This document shows, in pieces, positions 40,268 to 55,339 of a DNA stretch of 64,000 nt. Source of the DNA: Octopus vulgaris (lineage: Eukaryota); NCBI GenBank assembly GCA_951406725.2, contig OX597817.1, forward strand, positions 119,660,001-119,724,000, given 5' to 3'. Within the stretch, counting starts at the first letter, position 1, and each line of letters begins with the position of its first letter. Under the pieces are notes generated by a model. It searched no databases. It saw nothing but the letters and a program-made list of their open reading frames with translations, and had not been told where the DNA came from. The translations under genes and the position numbers were made by a program.

Positions 40268-43200
40268 CTATAGACAGAGCATTTTCTTCTCTCATCTCAG
40301 TAATAATATTACTAACATTTTTCATTGTAAATAGTCAACACAAAATATATTATGTCTACAACAAATATTAAAGTTAAACATTCATGAGTTTGCTTCTGTC
40401 ATTATGCACACTGCTAACACATTCCACAGCATCACAACAATGGTGATAAAACCATCCATGGTGTCTCAGATGTTTAAAACATATCATCATTAACTAGTTC
40501 AATATGAGCACACAAACACCATGATAATGCTATAAAGGTTTAATATCCTTTTTGCTACATATAAGTCACCCTTCTGTTTAACTATGGTAATTCTTAGGTT
40601 AGTGCTGAGAATGACATCCAACAACAGAACATACTTATCACATGATATGAGAATAACCAACTATAAAGACACTTCAACTGCCTACCAGTGTGAGCAATTA
40701 ACTTAAAGGGAAAAAGTGTATGAAATATTATTCTAAACATCTTAAAGTAATGATACAATATTTAAAGAAATAAATACTTTATTTATACAAAGTGAACCAA
40801 ACTTCTTTTGAATATTCTTAGGCATACTTCATTGAAATGAACACTCAGTAATGCTAAAATCTTAGTAATGCTTAAGTCTTAGTAATGCCAATTATATGAC
40901 ACAATAGATTCTTTCAGTGATTCCCGTGAAACAAGATAAGAATAATAATATCTGTCAGTATGCTAAATTGTATAGATGGAAAGACAATATCTTTCTGGTG
41001 CACTGGATCTTATTTTAAATTCTGTGTAACTACAAAAATAATTTTCTAAATTTTAATCTATTTCCCAGAGGTCTGACATAAGGGACATGTAATAAATTTT
41101 CTGTTAGTATTTCAGATAATGTGACAACTACATAAACTAACTCAATTCAAATAGGAAAAAAATCATTCTACAGCTAGAGAATTCTGCCAAAATAACAATA
41201 TTTTACTTATTTATTTACTTTTGCAGTTATAAGATAAAACATCAGGAGGGAATGTGTCACTTGTAAATAATAAAATCGAACATTAATAAAAACCAAAGCA
41301 TTTACATCCATTTATTGAGCTAAATGATTATTTTCTTCTACAGTGTATTAGCAATTTTTTATATAAAGAAAATGAAAGAAACCTTATTACTTAACACAAT
41401 GTTTAGTGAAGAGATACAGAGAAAGTAAGTTGAAAGCAAGATAGGCAATGCAACAGAGCTGTCCAATGGAAAGACTGGTGATCCAATGTTGTGAACAAGT
41501 CAATAACTCAATATAAATTAACAGTAACTTGCCTTGTAAACATCAACTGCAAGAACAGTGATGCATAAGAAGTATTTTTAAATTAAAGCATGTAATCAAT
41601 TTAGATTACTTTTGAGATATATTTAATGTACAATTGCCAAGAACAAGCCTTTTAAAATACATGATCGATTATCTTAGTGCTTTATTTAATATTTGCGAAT
41701 TGCAAACTTTAGTTGTTTCATATATATAAAAGTGTAATATAAAATTTCAGAAATTACTGTTGAAATATCTATGCTCAGGATATTTCACCCCATTTCTACC
41801 TACTTCCCATGAATTGAGGAAACCTATAAATTAAAGCTGTCATTAGAATTTAAAAGAAAACTAAAAAATGTACCCAGAATTTCTTGTATAAACAAATTCA
41901 ATGTTAAAAAGAAATGAAAAAACATTCACTTAATTTTCTACATTTTTTTAGATTTTATAATGATTAAAATACAAAGGATCAAGTAGGTTAAATTAAAATT
42001 GCCTTATATTTTATGAGTCATAAAAGTCCAAAAGAAAATTGCCTCTACAGAAACTAATGTCGTAGTCTTTTTAATGGACAGCATGACATAAAAAATGTTA
42101 ACCTGAGAGCAAAGCAAATAGATATTCTTCATAAATAAAAATCCAATGACTTTTAATATTCTTACATAATAAATGTCTTTTCTTCAAATTATTTCTGAAA
42201 ATAATAACATATTTCATTCTAAGCTAAACATGTAAAATTACAATATAGATTATAACTATGTGCTTAATTAATTTTTAAAAAGTCATGTTCTTTTAGGTGA
42301 CACAAAATTGAATTTATAATTGTAGGGGAGCTTTTTCTGCTAATTATTTCAGTTTGGATCTGAGCACTTTAATATATAGATAATAAAATAAATTGTTTTT
42401 TAATAATTTCAAATTTAATACATCATTCCTAATTGAAAATTGATTACCAAACACCTTTCAAATTTCTCTCTTCTCTTCCCTATACATTTTTCTTCAAGTT
42501 GTCTAGGCCTAAGCACACATAAAATCACAATTGGCTTAACATTTTAAATTTTGCATTATATTTCAACTTTTTAGCTTAAGTAATTTCAGCCAATCAAAAT
42601 GTTTTACTTTATTTCATTTTTTAAGTGATATAATTTACCTCAACCTGCACATATGACAATTTAGCTGATAGCAAGCAATATCTTGCTTTCTAACAGTTCT
42701 TTTTGATAGTAGACTGGTTTAATGATTGTTAAGCCTGTCTAGAATAGATAAATGAAATGCCTGCAAGGAACCATAATCAAGTTCACAAATGATCCATTAT
42801 CATTGAGTTCACTTCTTAACTTCATTAAATTCCTCAAATTTCTCAGATTATAGTAATTTGAATAATATTGAGCCTGTGGATTATCTGGTCAGAAGTAATA
42901 AGTGCTTAAAATATGATCAAGAGAAAATTGACCAAAATATACATTATTTTCTCTGGAACAATAATTTATAAATCTAACGTTTCTCATATTCCTTATCAAA
43001 TTTGAGAACATAATTATAAGCACATCAATATTACAAATGAAATTGCTTGATTTTAATTGCAGTTAACATAATTCCTAATAAGATGAACCAGTGGAAAACA
43101 AACCATATTATATTAAACTCTATGGTAATAACAGATATAGTTTCCTTTGACCAATTGAGAGGTTCTTCACATCTTTCTTTGCTTTATTTGTACATTAAAG

Positions 43201-43707
43201 CGTACAAGGTAGAGTTAATAAAGGGCTCATTTGTGATATATTCTAAATAAATCAATCATAACAATAACAATAATAATTAATAACTAGGCTGGATACAATC
43301 ATTAGCTTTGGAAGTTATTAGAAGTATTGCATAGTGCCACATAATTACATAATCTCTAAAGTGTAATTGATCTGGTGAAGAAGTAGAAATATGGGATTAA
43401 TTATGTTGCAAGAATCATGATTGGTGCATATAAGTGGGAGTTCAAACTCTGTTGAAAGGGATTTCATATTCCATATGTCTGAGGCCAATAATATAAAAAT
43501 AGTACACTGTTGTCATAGGGAGGCTCCATAGATATAACAAAAAAGTAAAAATTCAATCATAATTAAAGATGTATACAAATATTCTGTGCAATAATAAAAT
43601 ACAGTTTGAACTTTTGCCCAATATTCACTAGTACGTCCCAAAAAAGTAGAAACTATATACACTACTATTCACATACATTCATATATTCATTCACCTTCAA
43701 CTGCCCC

Positions 43708-43746
<39 letters not shown>

Positions 43747-43786
43747 TTTATAGATTTATATATATATATATACATATGGTTTATAG

Positions 43787-43824
<38 letters not shown>

Positions 43825-44382
43825 TTTATAGGTGTTAAAAAAGACTCAAGATTCTGGCATTACACACATTATTTAAGTAACATTCAAATAAAGTCTTATT
43901 AAAAGTAACGTCACAGACAGCTCTGTATCTTACTTTCATAGCAAAAGCTTCCCGTAAGTTCTCAATTTAGATATACTTCATGTTAAATATTTTGAAAAGG
44001 AAACAAGTACATTGTTGGGTTTACTCATGTATAAGTCACAGCTCAAATCTAGTATCAAATCTTTGTACAAAATTCCTTCCCTTCATAGTTTTAGCTTTGC
44101 CCTATGTATAAGTTACATCCCAACTTTTCCCTTCAAAATCAAATATAAAATAATGTGACTAGTATATGAGTATATATGGTAATTTAATTCAGAATTGGGG
44201 ACAAACTTTCACATTCAATATGACTGATGCTCCCCTGTTCATAACATCTCAAATGCAGCTGTGCATTCTTAACCAGCTAGAGGAGATGGCATCTTGGGGT
44301 TAAAAAAATCACAGTAAAGTCCATTAGTACAACTACTGCACTAGTCTCTTACAGAGATTTTAGAACTAGCATTTTTTTCTTT

Positions 44383-44691
<309 letters not shown>

Positions 44692-46804
44692 GAGGAAAGA
44701 ATTATGAAAATGAAAAAATTGAATTTGTAGTAAATTATTGTATCTAAACAAGTGAGATCCATTTTGGTAGCTAACACCCAGCATAATCCTAATAGTCCTG
44801 AGCACAATCCTCAACATTGGATTTTGAAATAAATTTCTTTAGTTAATAATTTGCTACATGAAAGAGCAAGAACATCATTATTATCTTCAGCAGCAGCATT
44901 AGTCAGCCACAGGTTTGAAACAAGTTCTACTGTAACAAAAAGCAAATCAGAAAAATTGAACCCTACCAAGTTGTAAATTGCCTAAGAAATGACTCGGACA
45001 AGAGTGGTGAATTCTCTGAAATACTAATGGCTATGAAGTATATTATCTGGTATTTTCAATTCTATGCAATCAAATCATTGATAATCATATCAAAATACTA
45101 AATGGAAGCCAACAGAGAATACCAAAAATTTTAATCTTAATGGCCAAGCCAAATTCTTTAGCTTCATTAACGAATAATTATTGCATTGGGTTCTATATGA
45201 GTTACTCTCAACTGGACTTCATCCAGTTTTGATTGGTTTTGGTCCAAACCAACTCATTTCTGATATTTAATTTGTAACACAACAATATAAGCTTTCAATT
45301 CATGAACAGATAAGCTTATATTTCACTAAGACATTGAAATTCTACATATTTAATATACATATACAAAATCAAGCTTTCTTAGATTATTCCATTTAATAAC
45401 AGACATTTTCTTAAGATCATGATTATCCTAAAACTGTGCATATTTTCATTAATCTCTGGCGAAATAAAGAGAAGCATAGATATTTATCTTTTATATCAGC
45501 ACATGGTAAAATTTTTGAAGGGTCACACAGTCAGCTCAGTTTTAGTATGGCACAAAGTATAGTCAAACCAGGCATATTTTCAACTTAGAAACAAAAGGAA
45601 GAAAAATAAAATGTTATAATGTATTTAGTTCATAATTCTATCAACTCGGTCACCAAAATTGCTCTTATAGACAGTAGACAACTGAAAAGAAAAGCAATTA
45701 TTTATAGGGTAAGGTTTGAGCTAAAGTATGTTCTTCATATATAATATTTTATCACCTTGAAAGTAGGAATGGTGAAGTAGAACATAAGTGTATGGAATCT
45801 CACAACATAAAGGAATGGAATTAATTACAGAAAATATTTAATCTGATGCTCTACAACTCCTGTCAGTACTGCTTTTATGAGCATAAATAATTACTAATGA
45901 AATGTCTAACATAATACCATTCCTTGGTTTGTTTTTTAACTCATCAAATCTACATAGAAATTGCATACGTATAAGCAGAGATTGAATTTATAACAGAATT
46001 ATAAATAAATATCTGCATTTACTATTTTAATAAATTTGAATTAATCATATTAATGCAATTCTGGTCTCAAAATTAGTACAGAAGTAATAGCTTGAAATTT
46101 ATCTTTGGAAATGTTCCCATCTAACAACAGAATAGAACCAATCTCTTCATCCCAAATGTATTCAATATAGCTATTTCATATATAAATGGTGATATATCAA
46201 GGGTCATTGAGAACATATCAAGCATTGACCTACTTACAAAAGAAGAGTAGTTCGCTCAATAGCATGAATGTAGAATTTGCTATGATTATACTGCAGATTT
46301 CAAACTAATCAATATAGTTCCAGATATATTTCCCTTCTAATAGCATTTACTTGAAAAAGAATTGGGAACTTTCAATATTCAAAATGAAGATATGTTGAAT
46401 AAATCTTCAAATAAGTTTATTTATTATATTTGTTCATCACCTCTCTCCCCCAAAATATACAGAGAGAACTAGCAAAGAAATACCAAAACAAACACGTACA
46501 AATAAGAACAACTGTGTAATACTCAACATATTATTGAAATATTTATTATGATATTTTAAATCAAAAAAAATATTGATTCAGTAAGAAACTATATTCACTG
46601 AAGCAAGGAGACATGAAACTGAATATGTCTTTGGTGAACAGCAATATGAAACTATGCTAAATTAAGTGCTACTCAAAAACTTTGAGAAAAATATGCGCTT
46701 AATTATTTTCAAGCTTGCATTTATGTACATACTCAAAAGACTTATTACAAAACTGTTTGTATGCAGCCATGCATATAAACAAATAAATAAATAAAAATGA
46801 ATTT

Positions 46805-46935
46805 GGCTGTGAATTGGCAGTAGTTTTCAGAGTATTGGACAATATGCCTTGAAGTATTTGTTGCAGCCCATTTAGATTCTGAGTTCAAATACTGCTAAGA
46901 TCATCTTCTAATTTTAATCTTTCTTGAGTTAACAG
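46805..46935 (+). mobile_element. SINE family B decayed 5' part
   Basis: GGCTGTGAATTGGCAG...TTCTGAGTTCAAAT. Confidence 0.6.
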
Positions 46936-47339
46936 AAGAAAATAACAGACCAGAGCAATGGAATAGCAGAATTCTTAGAATGTTGAACCAAATGTTTGTA
47001 GAATTTGTTCTCGCTCTTTAAATTTTGAGAAGGGATGGTAAACCACTAGCTGGTAAGATGGTGATATTGGATATGAAAAAAAAAACATTTGCAAAGAAGG
47101 TAACAGCAAACCACTTTCATAATTTCCTATAAGAATATCTTGACAGACACTTGTGAAGTTAGTCATTAGGGAATCATTCCTCATCCTAATGTCATAGAAA
47201 TAAAGGAATATAAATATATACATATAAATAAAAAATATAGTGCTGTATGATTACCCAGGCAGGGAGTTCAGTACTTACTGCACACGTGTTTTATCATTCA
47301 ATCACTACTATCTTCCTCACAACTATTCACCCTCCCCCA

Positions 47340-47645
47340 GCTAAAGGTTTTTGTTTTGCAAGTTACTTGGTGACCCTGTAGGTGCTGGTCCCAAATAAAA
47401 AAAACACTACTGCTGCTGGTTCCATTAACATTCTGTTAAGTGGTTGGTGTTAGGAAGGGCATAGAAACCATGCCAAAACAGGCAAAGGAACCTGGTGCAA
47501 CTCCTGACCCTACCAGCTCCTGTCAAACCATCCAACCCATGTCAGCATGGAAAACATATGTTAAAGGATGCTGTTACTGCTGCTGCTACTGCTGCCGGTG
47601 ATGATGATGATGATGTTGATGATGATGGTGGTGGTGGTGGTGGTG
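47340..47645 (+). mobile_element. RTE-tail repeat (LINE 3' UTR or RTE-mobilised SINE)
   Basis: GTGGTTGGTGTTAGGAAGGGC...CCAGCTCCTGTCAAACCATCCAACCCATGTCAGCATGG followed by (GAT/GGT)n. Confidence 0.75.
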
Positions 47646-48674
47646 GCGAAGATTTCTTAATAATTTCATTTTCTAGAAAGACAGTTGTCTCATAGTAATT
47701 TTCTTGGAAACACTTTTTAGCCAATGGAAATTAACTCTCATCTTTATTTTTTACTTAAATAGGTCAGGTGACTACTCCTTTCTCAGATATATTATAGATC
47801 AAATTATAATAATTACTTTTTATTCTTTAATATATATGCAATAAAGATTTTCCCTATCATGCAATTATGTGACACATCTTTTCATTTTCATATTTTGTTT
47901 CATGAAGTAATTACAAAGAAGAAATAAAAATAATAAACAAAATTTCTAAAAGCATATATCTCTTTAGCCACTATGTCCCTTCAATCATTATCTCAACTCA
48001 GTCAAATGTACACTGAGGGAATGCCTTGCTCAGTGGAATGTTTATTGATAATTACTGTCTGGTCAAATGTCTGTCAGCTGAATTTTATTTCAGTCACATC
48101 TCCCATGGTCATCAGTCCAACCATGAAAGCAAGTAAGTCTATGCTAAAAATAGCTAAATCCTGTACCTAAATCTTCCTTTTTCAAAACAATATTCGAATT
48201 TCTATGTTTCAAGCTTCAGAGATTCCAAGTTTTTGTCTCTCTCTATTTTTCTTGGCAACATATATAACACCAACTACAGAAAATACAATTTCTAACAATT
48301 TACACAAAATGTCAGATTTCATATGACAGGCTCTTTATCATATTTGAGAACTACATTCTGAATTTATCTAGTCTTGGTATCAATTACAAACTGTATTGCA
48401 TTATATATAAGGTACAGGATCTACCTATATTGAAGCCTTCACTTATTTCAATAATGAAAAGAAAGCCAAGGCTTATACATTCCTACTGTTGCTTGTCTCT
48501 TTAGACATTATAACATCACACACATATTTTTCATTTGGACAATCTATTTCTATTTTCTTTCTCTCTCTGTCTCTATCTTTCTTCCTATCTATCTATCAAT
48601 CTAAATTCTTATCTATCTATCTATACACACACTCACACATGCATACATACTACATATATATATATAATATATAT

Positions 48675-48706
<32 letters not shown>

Positions 48707-48756
48707 AATAAGTACACATTTATGTATATATACACATACATATATATATATATATA

Positions 48757-49198
48757 CTGGATCACCTCCTTCAATACCCACTCTGTTATAGCAAGACACC
48801 TGTTTCTGCCTCTGTCTCTTTATTATCCCATTAATCTTTCATCCTCTGAAACAATTTTCCCTCCTCAAATGTCCCTACCGTTCTCATGATTCCTTGTCTT
48901 GCGAGTTACTTGATGACCCTGCCAGTGCTGGTGCCACATAAAAAGCATCCAGTCCACACTGTAAAGTGGTTGGCATTTGGAACGGCATCCAGCTGTAAAA
49001 GTCATACCAAAACTAACCTCGCTTGTGCTAGTATTACATAAAAAGCAATGAGTCCACTCAGTTAGGAAGGGCATTCAATTGTAAAATCCATGCTGAAACA
49101 GTCACAGTAGCATAGGGTAGTTTTTGTAGCTGACCAACTCCTGTGAACTGTCCTACCCATGCATGCATGGAAGATGGACATTAAACGATGATGATGAT
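48757..49198 (+). mobile_element. RTE-tail repeat
   Basis: GCCAGTGCTGGTGCCACATAAAAAGCA...GGCATCCAGCTGTA...CCCATGCATGCATGGAAGATGGACATTAAACGATGATG. Confidence 0.75.
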
Positions 49199-50234
49199 TG
49201 ATACATGCACACACACACAAAGTATTTAATATAAACAATTATGAAATTATAATAAGGGAAACTACCTCATTTTGTTTTTACATGTTAGCTACTTGATAAA
49301 ATCCTATATAGATTTTATCCTTGATTATAATTGATATTATATATATATATATATAAATGTAAATAAAAAATACACATTAAGTACTGGACATCACCAATGA
49401 GTAAAAGTATATAAACACATGAGAGATAAGTACAGGACAAAATATGAAAGGATACCTAACTCAATTATCAACTGTTTTACTGCTCCCAGTACATACTCCC
49501 TATACATACTCACAAATATACTTATACATACATACATGCATATATATAAATACACATACATACACATATATACACAAACATACATATATCCAATGACTTT
49601 TCATTGAGATGACTTTACATGAAATAATTTTTAAATAAGTTATTTTGTAGAACAATGTATACCTGTATTTTTAATAATATAGTATAATCTGTGGCAAAGA
49701 ATGGATCATAATGTATTACATAATATCACAATGCTTTCACATTCCCCATATCTAAAGAGTCTTTAGTAAAAGTTAATGCAGATATGCATATTTGGACATT
49801 TATAACATTGTGTATATTTCTATGTTTTTATGTATCTGTACATGTGTGCATATGCGTGTATTCGTATGTGTTATAAATACATTTCTATACATGATGACGT
49901 TGTCTCATCCTTGACATGATTAAAGAGAGTCCCTTCTTGCTTGCATTTTATCCATTCGTTTGTTATTTTCTTTTCCATATAAGTGGCTGTGAGAAATGGA
50001 CATATTCTCTCTCATTATTCATTATCTCTGTAGTCATGCATTTCTGTCTCCTGTCACACAAGTAGTGTGGTTACAGGAAGAGGGAGAAATAGGAGAATAT
50101 CAGAATGATAGGAGAGAGAAGTTGATAGAGGAGAACCCAGATGAAAAAGTGATATGAAAGCAATAAGTAGAAGAGGAAGATCAGATGTATATATAGATAG
50201 AAAGATAGATAATATATATTATATATATATATAT

Positions 50235-50404
50235 GTGCAGGAGTGGCTGTGTAGTAAGTAGCTTGCTTACTAACCACATGGTTTTGGGTTCATTCCCACT
50301 GTGCGGCACCTTAGGCAAGTGTTTTCTATTATAGTCTCGGGCTGACCAAAGCCTTCTGAGTGGATTTGGTAGACTGAAACTGAAAGAAGACCATTGTATA
50401 TATA

Positions 50405-50452
<48 letters not shown>

Positions 50453-50460
50453 TGTTCCCC
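50235..50460 (+). mobile_element. SINE family A, 5' half
   Basis: GTGCAGGAGTGGCTGTGTAGTAAGTAGC...GGGTTCATTCCC...GGCACCTTAGGCAAGTG (CORE-like)...(TG)n. Confidence 0.9.
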
Positions 50461-50510
50461 TCACAGAGGTTAAAATACCTGAAAGTTATAGAGCAAGTGA
50501 GACAACTCAC

Positions 50511-50613
50511 CTCGAGTAGGACCGAAGAATGCTAGATGCCGATATTTCACTGTTATTGTGGTTTATCAAGACCACACACATGAATTGAACTGAAGACAAA
50601 CTGAATCCTTCGT
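50511..50613 (-). CDS. Candidate 103-nt exon, EGFSLSSVQFMCVVLINHNNSEISASSILRSYS, protein not recognised
   Basis: Consensus donor GAG|GTGAGT, CpG-retaining unique patch, one open frame; the acceptor is weak. Confidence 0.3.
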
Positions 50614-50737
50614 CTATAATTATATATAAACAGTTTGAAAACTATTTTACGATATGCCATGATAATGTACACGTGGCAGTAAACTGAATTACAAATTAAA
50701 AGTAGCTGCTTTTAATTTGTAATATATAATAACAATA

Positions 50738-50976
50738 ATGGTTTCAAATTTTGCCACAAGAGTGGTAATTTTTGGCAGGAGGGCATAAGTCGATTACATC
50801 AACTCCAGTTGATACTTAATTTATTGACTTAATTTATTGGTACTTAATTTATTGACCCCGAAAGAATGAAAGACAAAGTTGACCTTGGCGGTGAAATATC
50901 GCTCAATGTAGGGGCAGACAAAATACTGCTAAGCTTTTCGTCCAGCATGCTAATGATTCTGCCAGCTCACTGCCTT
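50738..50976 (-). mobile_element. SINE family B copy flanked by (AAT)n
   Basis: GACCCCGAAAGAATGAAAGACAAAGTTGACC...GATTCTGCCAGCTCACTGCCTT; internal ACTTAATTTATTG triplication. Confidence 0.85.
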
Positions 50977-52452
50977 AATAATAATAATAATAATAATAAT
51001 AATGATAATAATATAATGTATAAGGTCTCCTATATTCATGCAAAGCTGATGATTTTCACTAACAATACTCAGTTTTGATTTGTACTTTCCAAGAAGGTGA
51101 AAACACAAAACTGTAACTGAAAACCGAGGTATGCCTTAGCACTAAATATATACATAAATTTCATCTTATGTATTGAACACTTATACTGTCATCAGTAAAT
51201 ATATATATATTTAGACCTCTGCATGTGTCTATGAGTTAGTGCATGTGGGATTTTGTAAAATATTTTAGTTTAATAAAAATAATAACAATATATCACTTTT
51301 GAATATTTGCAGCACTATAGCAAACTTACAAAAGCCAAAAGAAAGTCATAACGATCTTTTTTTCATAAAGGCAATCAATTCTGCCTCCTATACTATGGAA
51401 TTTAAAATGAACAATTCATTGTTTTCCATGTTTAATAAACACAGGCATATCCAAAATATACAGATGTTCGTTATTTCAAGTATACTTAATATTTATCCAT
51501 GATAATGATAACAATAATATATCTACAAAGTAACTTTTCAAGTACTTTTTATAAAGCAAAACATTTTTTAAAAAAGATCATTTACCAAATAAAGGTTAGG
51601 TTTTTGTCTTTGACAATAAAACTGTGAATACCTTTGCTAATCTTAACTAACCTCAAGAAAACAAGTTGTAGTAATATACAGTCTACTGAATGTCACCCAT
51701 GTTTCTCTAGGAAAGAATTTCATCCATAAAATAATTAATACACTAGAAACATATTCATTATTTTATCCAATTCTCATCAAAAGTAATTGGTTGTAAAAAT
51801 GAATGTTAAACAAAGTGATCTATCTTGATTTTTTCAGAGTCATCTAAAGAAGAAAAGCTGTACTTACATATACAAAAATTCTTCTGAACCTATCCATGGC
51901 CATTTATAGTTAGAAAGCGGAAAGTTTAATCAAATTAATTTAAAGATATATATTAATCATTCTGTGTGCAAGATCAGCACATCAGGATACTTGAATTCAA
52001 ATGTTCCAAACATTATTTCTATCCTAATATCCTAATTGTATTGATCTTACATGTTTCAAGAAATTTTAGCTGTATTATTGGTAATTGTAATACAGTTTTA
52101 TTGTGAAGAAATAATATTTTAAATTTTAGAAAGCTCTATAGTAATGCAATTTTACAATATTCTTTTTCAATTTTTCTTGATAAATATTAAATTCTGTTCG
52201 TGCCTGCATGTACGTATGTAAGAGAAATTTCAAAGAATAAGACAAAATAGAAATCTTTATCCTAATGCCACTTTTAGCAAATGATTAAGAAGCATTATAA
52301 ATTATATCTTATATTTGTCATTGCTCCAAAACTGATTAACTAGATTTCAAGAATAAAATGATTAACCTAAGCAAGAATAATAGACCTTATGAAATCAAAT
52401 GAATAACGTGTTAATTTTTTGCTTTCTTATATGTATGAAAGAAAATTTTTTT

Positions 52453-52457
<5 letters not shown>

Positions 52458-52523
<66 letters not shown>

Positions 52524-52568
52524 AAAAGATATATACCTTTAGATATTTTATATATATATATATATATA

Positions 52569-52650
<82 letters not shown>

Positions 52651-52690
52651 ATATATATATATATATAATATATATATACATACATATATA

Positions 52691-52739
<49 letters not shown>

Positions 52740-52770
52740 GCACATATACATACATATATACATATGTATG

Positions 52771-52810
<40 letters not shown>
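52458..52810. repeat. Long (TA)n/(CA)n microsatellite
   Basis: Directly visible; accounts for the ORFs at 52419-52832. Confidence 0.95.
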
Positions 52811-52811
<1 letters not shown>

Positions 52812-55339
52812 ACTAGTAATATAAAACACTAGTTATAGTTTTCCAAGTATAGAAAGTAAAATAACCAGCGAAACTTAAATGAAAATGTAGATGCGGAATA
52901 AGAAAAAAATTCAGTTATTTTATTTAAAGTCTTTCAAGCATAACCAAAATGAAGTGCTAGATTATATTAATTCCTCTATCTTTACAAGTCAAAATACCAG
53001 TTTTGAATAAAATAGTCTATGCATTGCGGATCCTTTTACTAATAAAAGATAAGCAATAAGAACAGTGACAAAAAGGTGGGAATCAAAGCTGGACATGAAT
53101 CCTTGGAATGAATTGAACTGCCTCCAGAATCTACTCACGGTGCTCCCTATCAAAATAAAGCTACTACTGAAGACTTAGATGGTAGATATCTTCCTTAACT
53201 GAAGTTAGATAATTTATATTCACAGCCATACTATTAGCAATTTAGCTTTATAACCATATGATTCTGATTTCAATCTCACCATCATAATTTCAGATTGACT
53301 AATACCATGTGAGTGGTATTTGATAGATGAAAACTGTGCAAAATATGTTGTGTAAGTGTGCAGGTAGATGTTTACTGGTGTAAATCAGTGTGTTGTATGT
53401 GTTCCTTTACATTTATATGAAGAGATAATTTGGGCATTTGATAAATAGATACTAATAAAATAAGAAGCATACAGAAATAAGTACTGGATCGGTATCAACT
53501 AAACAAAATCCTGGGAAAATGTGCCTTGACAAACTGTAGTTGAAACCAGGAAAAATAAAAAATATATACATAAAAATGATTACATTGTGCAGTAGGACCA
53601 TAGGAAAATATCTGAATTTGATCTCATTAAAATATGTATGAAACTGAAGACAAACAAAATTACCAAGACATAATATTACCTCATTCAATCTTAGCAAAAA
53701 GTCCTTAGTTTCAGTTTAGAGCATATAATATTTGTAAAACAAAGTCATCTATAAAATCAAAACTAACATCTATAGTGAAACTATACTTTTAAAATATTCT
53801 TTAATGATTACAAGCTGTTTCTCATTGGCCACTATATGACATACATGTGAAAATTAGTTATACAGGAATGCTAAGGTATTTCGTTTTGCCTAATCAAGAC
53901 TTAAATAAAATTACACGATAGCATTTATAACGTGTAAGTCAAAAAAACTGTATAATTAGTAATATCATATCCAAATCAAAATTGACTCTAGTGGGGTTTG
54001 GATTCAGAATTAAGGAACTGTAATTTTCCTGTGTAATATGATTATCTTTATAATTTGTAGAAATTGCAGACTCTTTCACCTTGGTAATTACAGATAATAA
54101 AAATAATTTAGGCTTTGCTTCATAATTACAGTTTAATGTTTGGTCAAAATATTTGTTTTTATAGAAATTAAATTGTTTATACATTACAATAAGTTAAAAT
54201 GTTATTTCTCATACATTAACAGATATTGCCAAGTTTAACATAATTAGACAGCTTAATTATTTTACGATACTCCATTTTTCTTGTCAAATCCAAGTTATTT
54301 TCTAATCACTAAGACAAATTTTTCTAATTTTGAAAAGACATGAAGTTTCATGAAATGTTTGAAAAGAAATATTTTTAGCAGAATATGGATGTAAGTTGTG
54401 GCTACAGTTGTCAGACAGACTAACATAAACTGGTCATCATCATATCTGAATTTTGTTGATGTTAATCTTTTTTTTTTTTGCTTAAACACTGTTAAATTAA
54501 GTTTCTTAAAATAAATTTATTGTTAATTTCCTGAAATAGTCAGCTATCTCTAAACCATTCAGACATGCATGTGTAGCCACTTATCAAAACTCGTAGCAAA
54601 GAAGATAATTTGAACTAAACTTTGAACATATATTATTGAAAGTGAATTTAGATTTTTGAACTAATCTACCCTCGTAATTTTACTTAGCTCATCTTGGGTT
54701 AAGTACAAAGAACACCTACACATAACATGCAGTGGTCTTCATAATTTCTTTTTAACTTTGAGTAAATGAGAAACAGGCATTATCTGAAAAACTGCAGAGT
54801 ATCTTATATTCGATTTATGTAGCATCTACCAAAATATAAAACCATAATTGCTGCTGCTGTAAATACAAGTTTTGCAGTAGTATATGTGAAGAAACAAAAG
54901 CAACCCCCAGCCAACTAAAACCCATAGAAAATAAATAAATAACATCAATAGTATAGGAAGTAATATAAGAAGCACTTGCACAAATCTTTTTGGATGAAAT
55001 GAGCTGTTGGAAACCATGTGTTTTCTAGTCTAAACTATTTTTCACTCTAACATATTTTGAAAATGAATTCCACTTTTAGCAACTCAGTAGTAGGGGCGAA
55101 AACAAACCAAAAATAATATTCAGATATTAAATAAGATAAAAAGAAGAAATTAAACAGTAAATATCAGAGGTTTACAATTTCTTTTAACTACCAAGTACAA
55201 AGAAGGAAGAAACAAAGCTTCTGGAGTTTTGTGATGCTAATGACATGTGAACCTACAACACAAACTTCAAGAAACCATCCAGCCACCTGGTTTCATATCA
55301 ATCTAGGGGCACACAAGTCAGAGAGATTTCATTCTTTTC

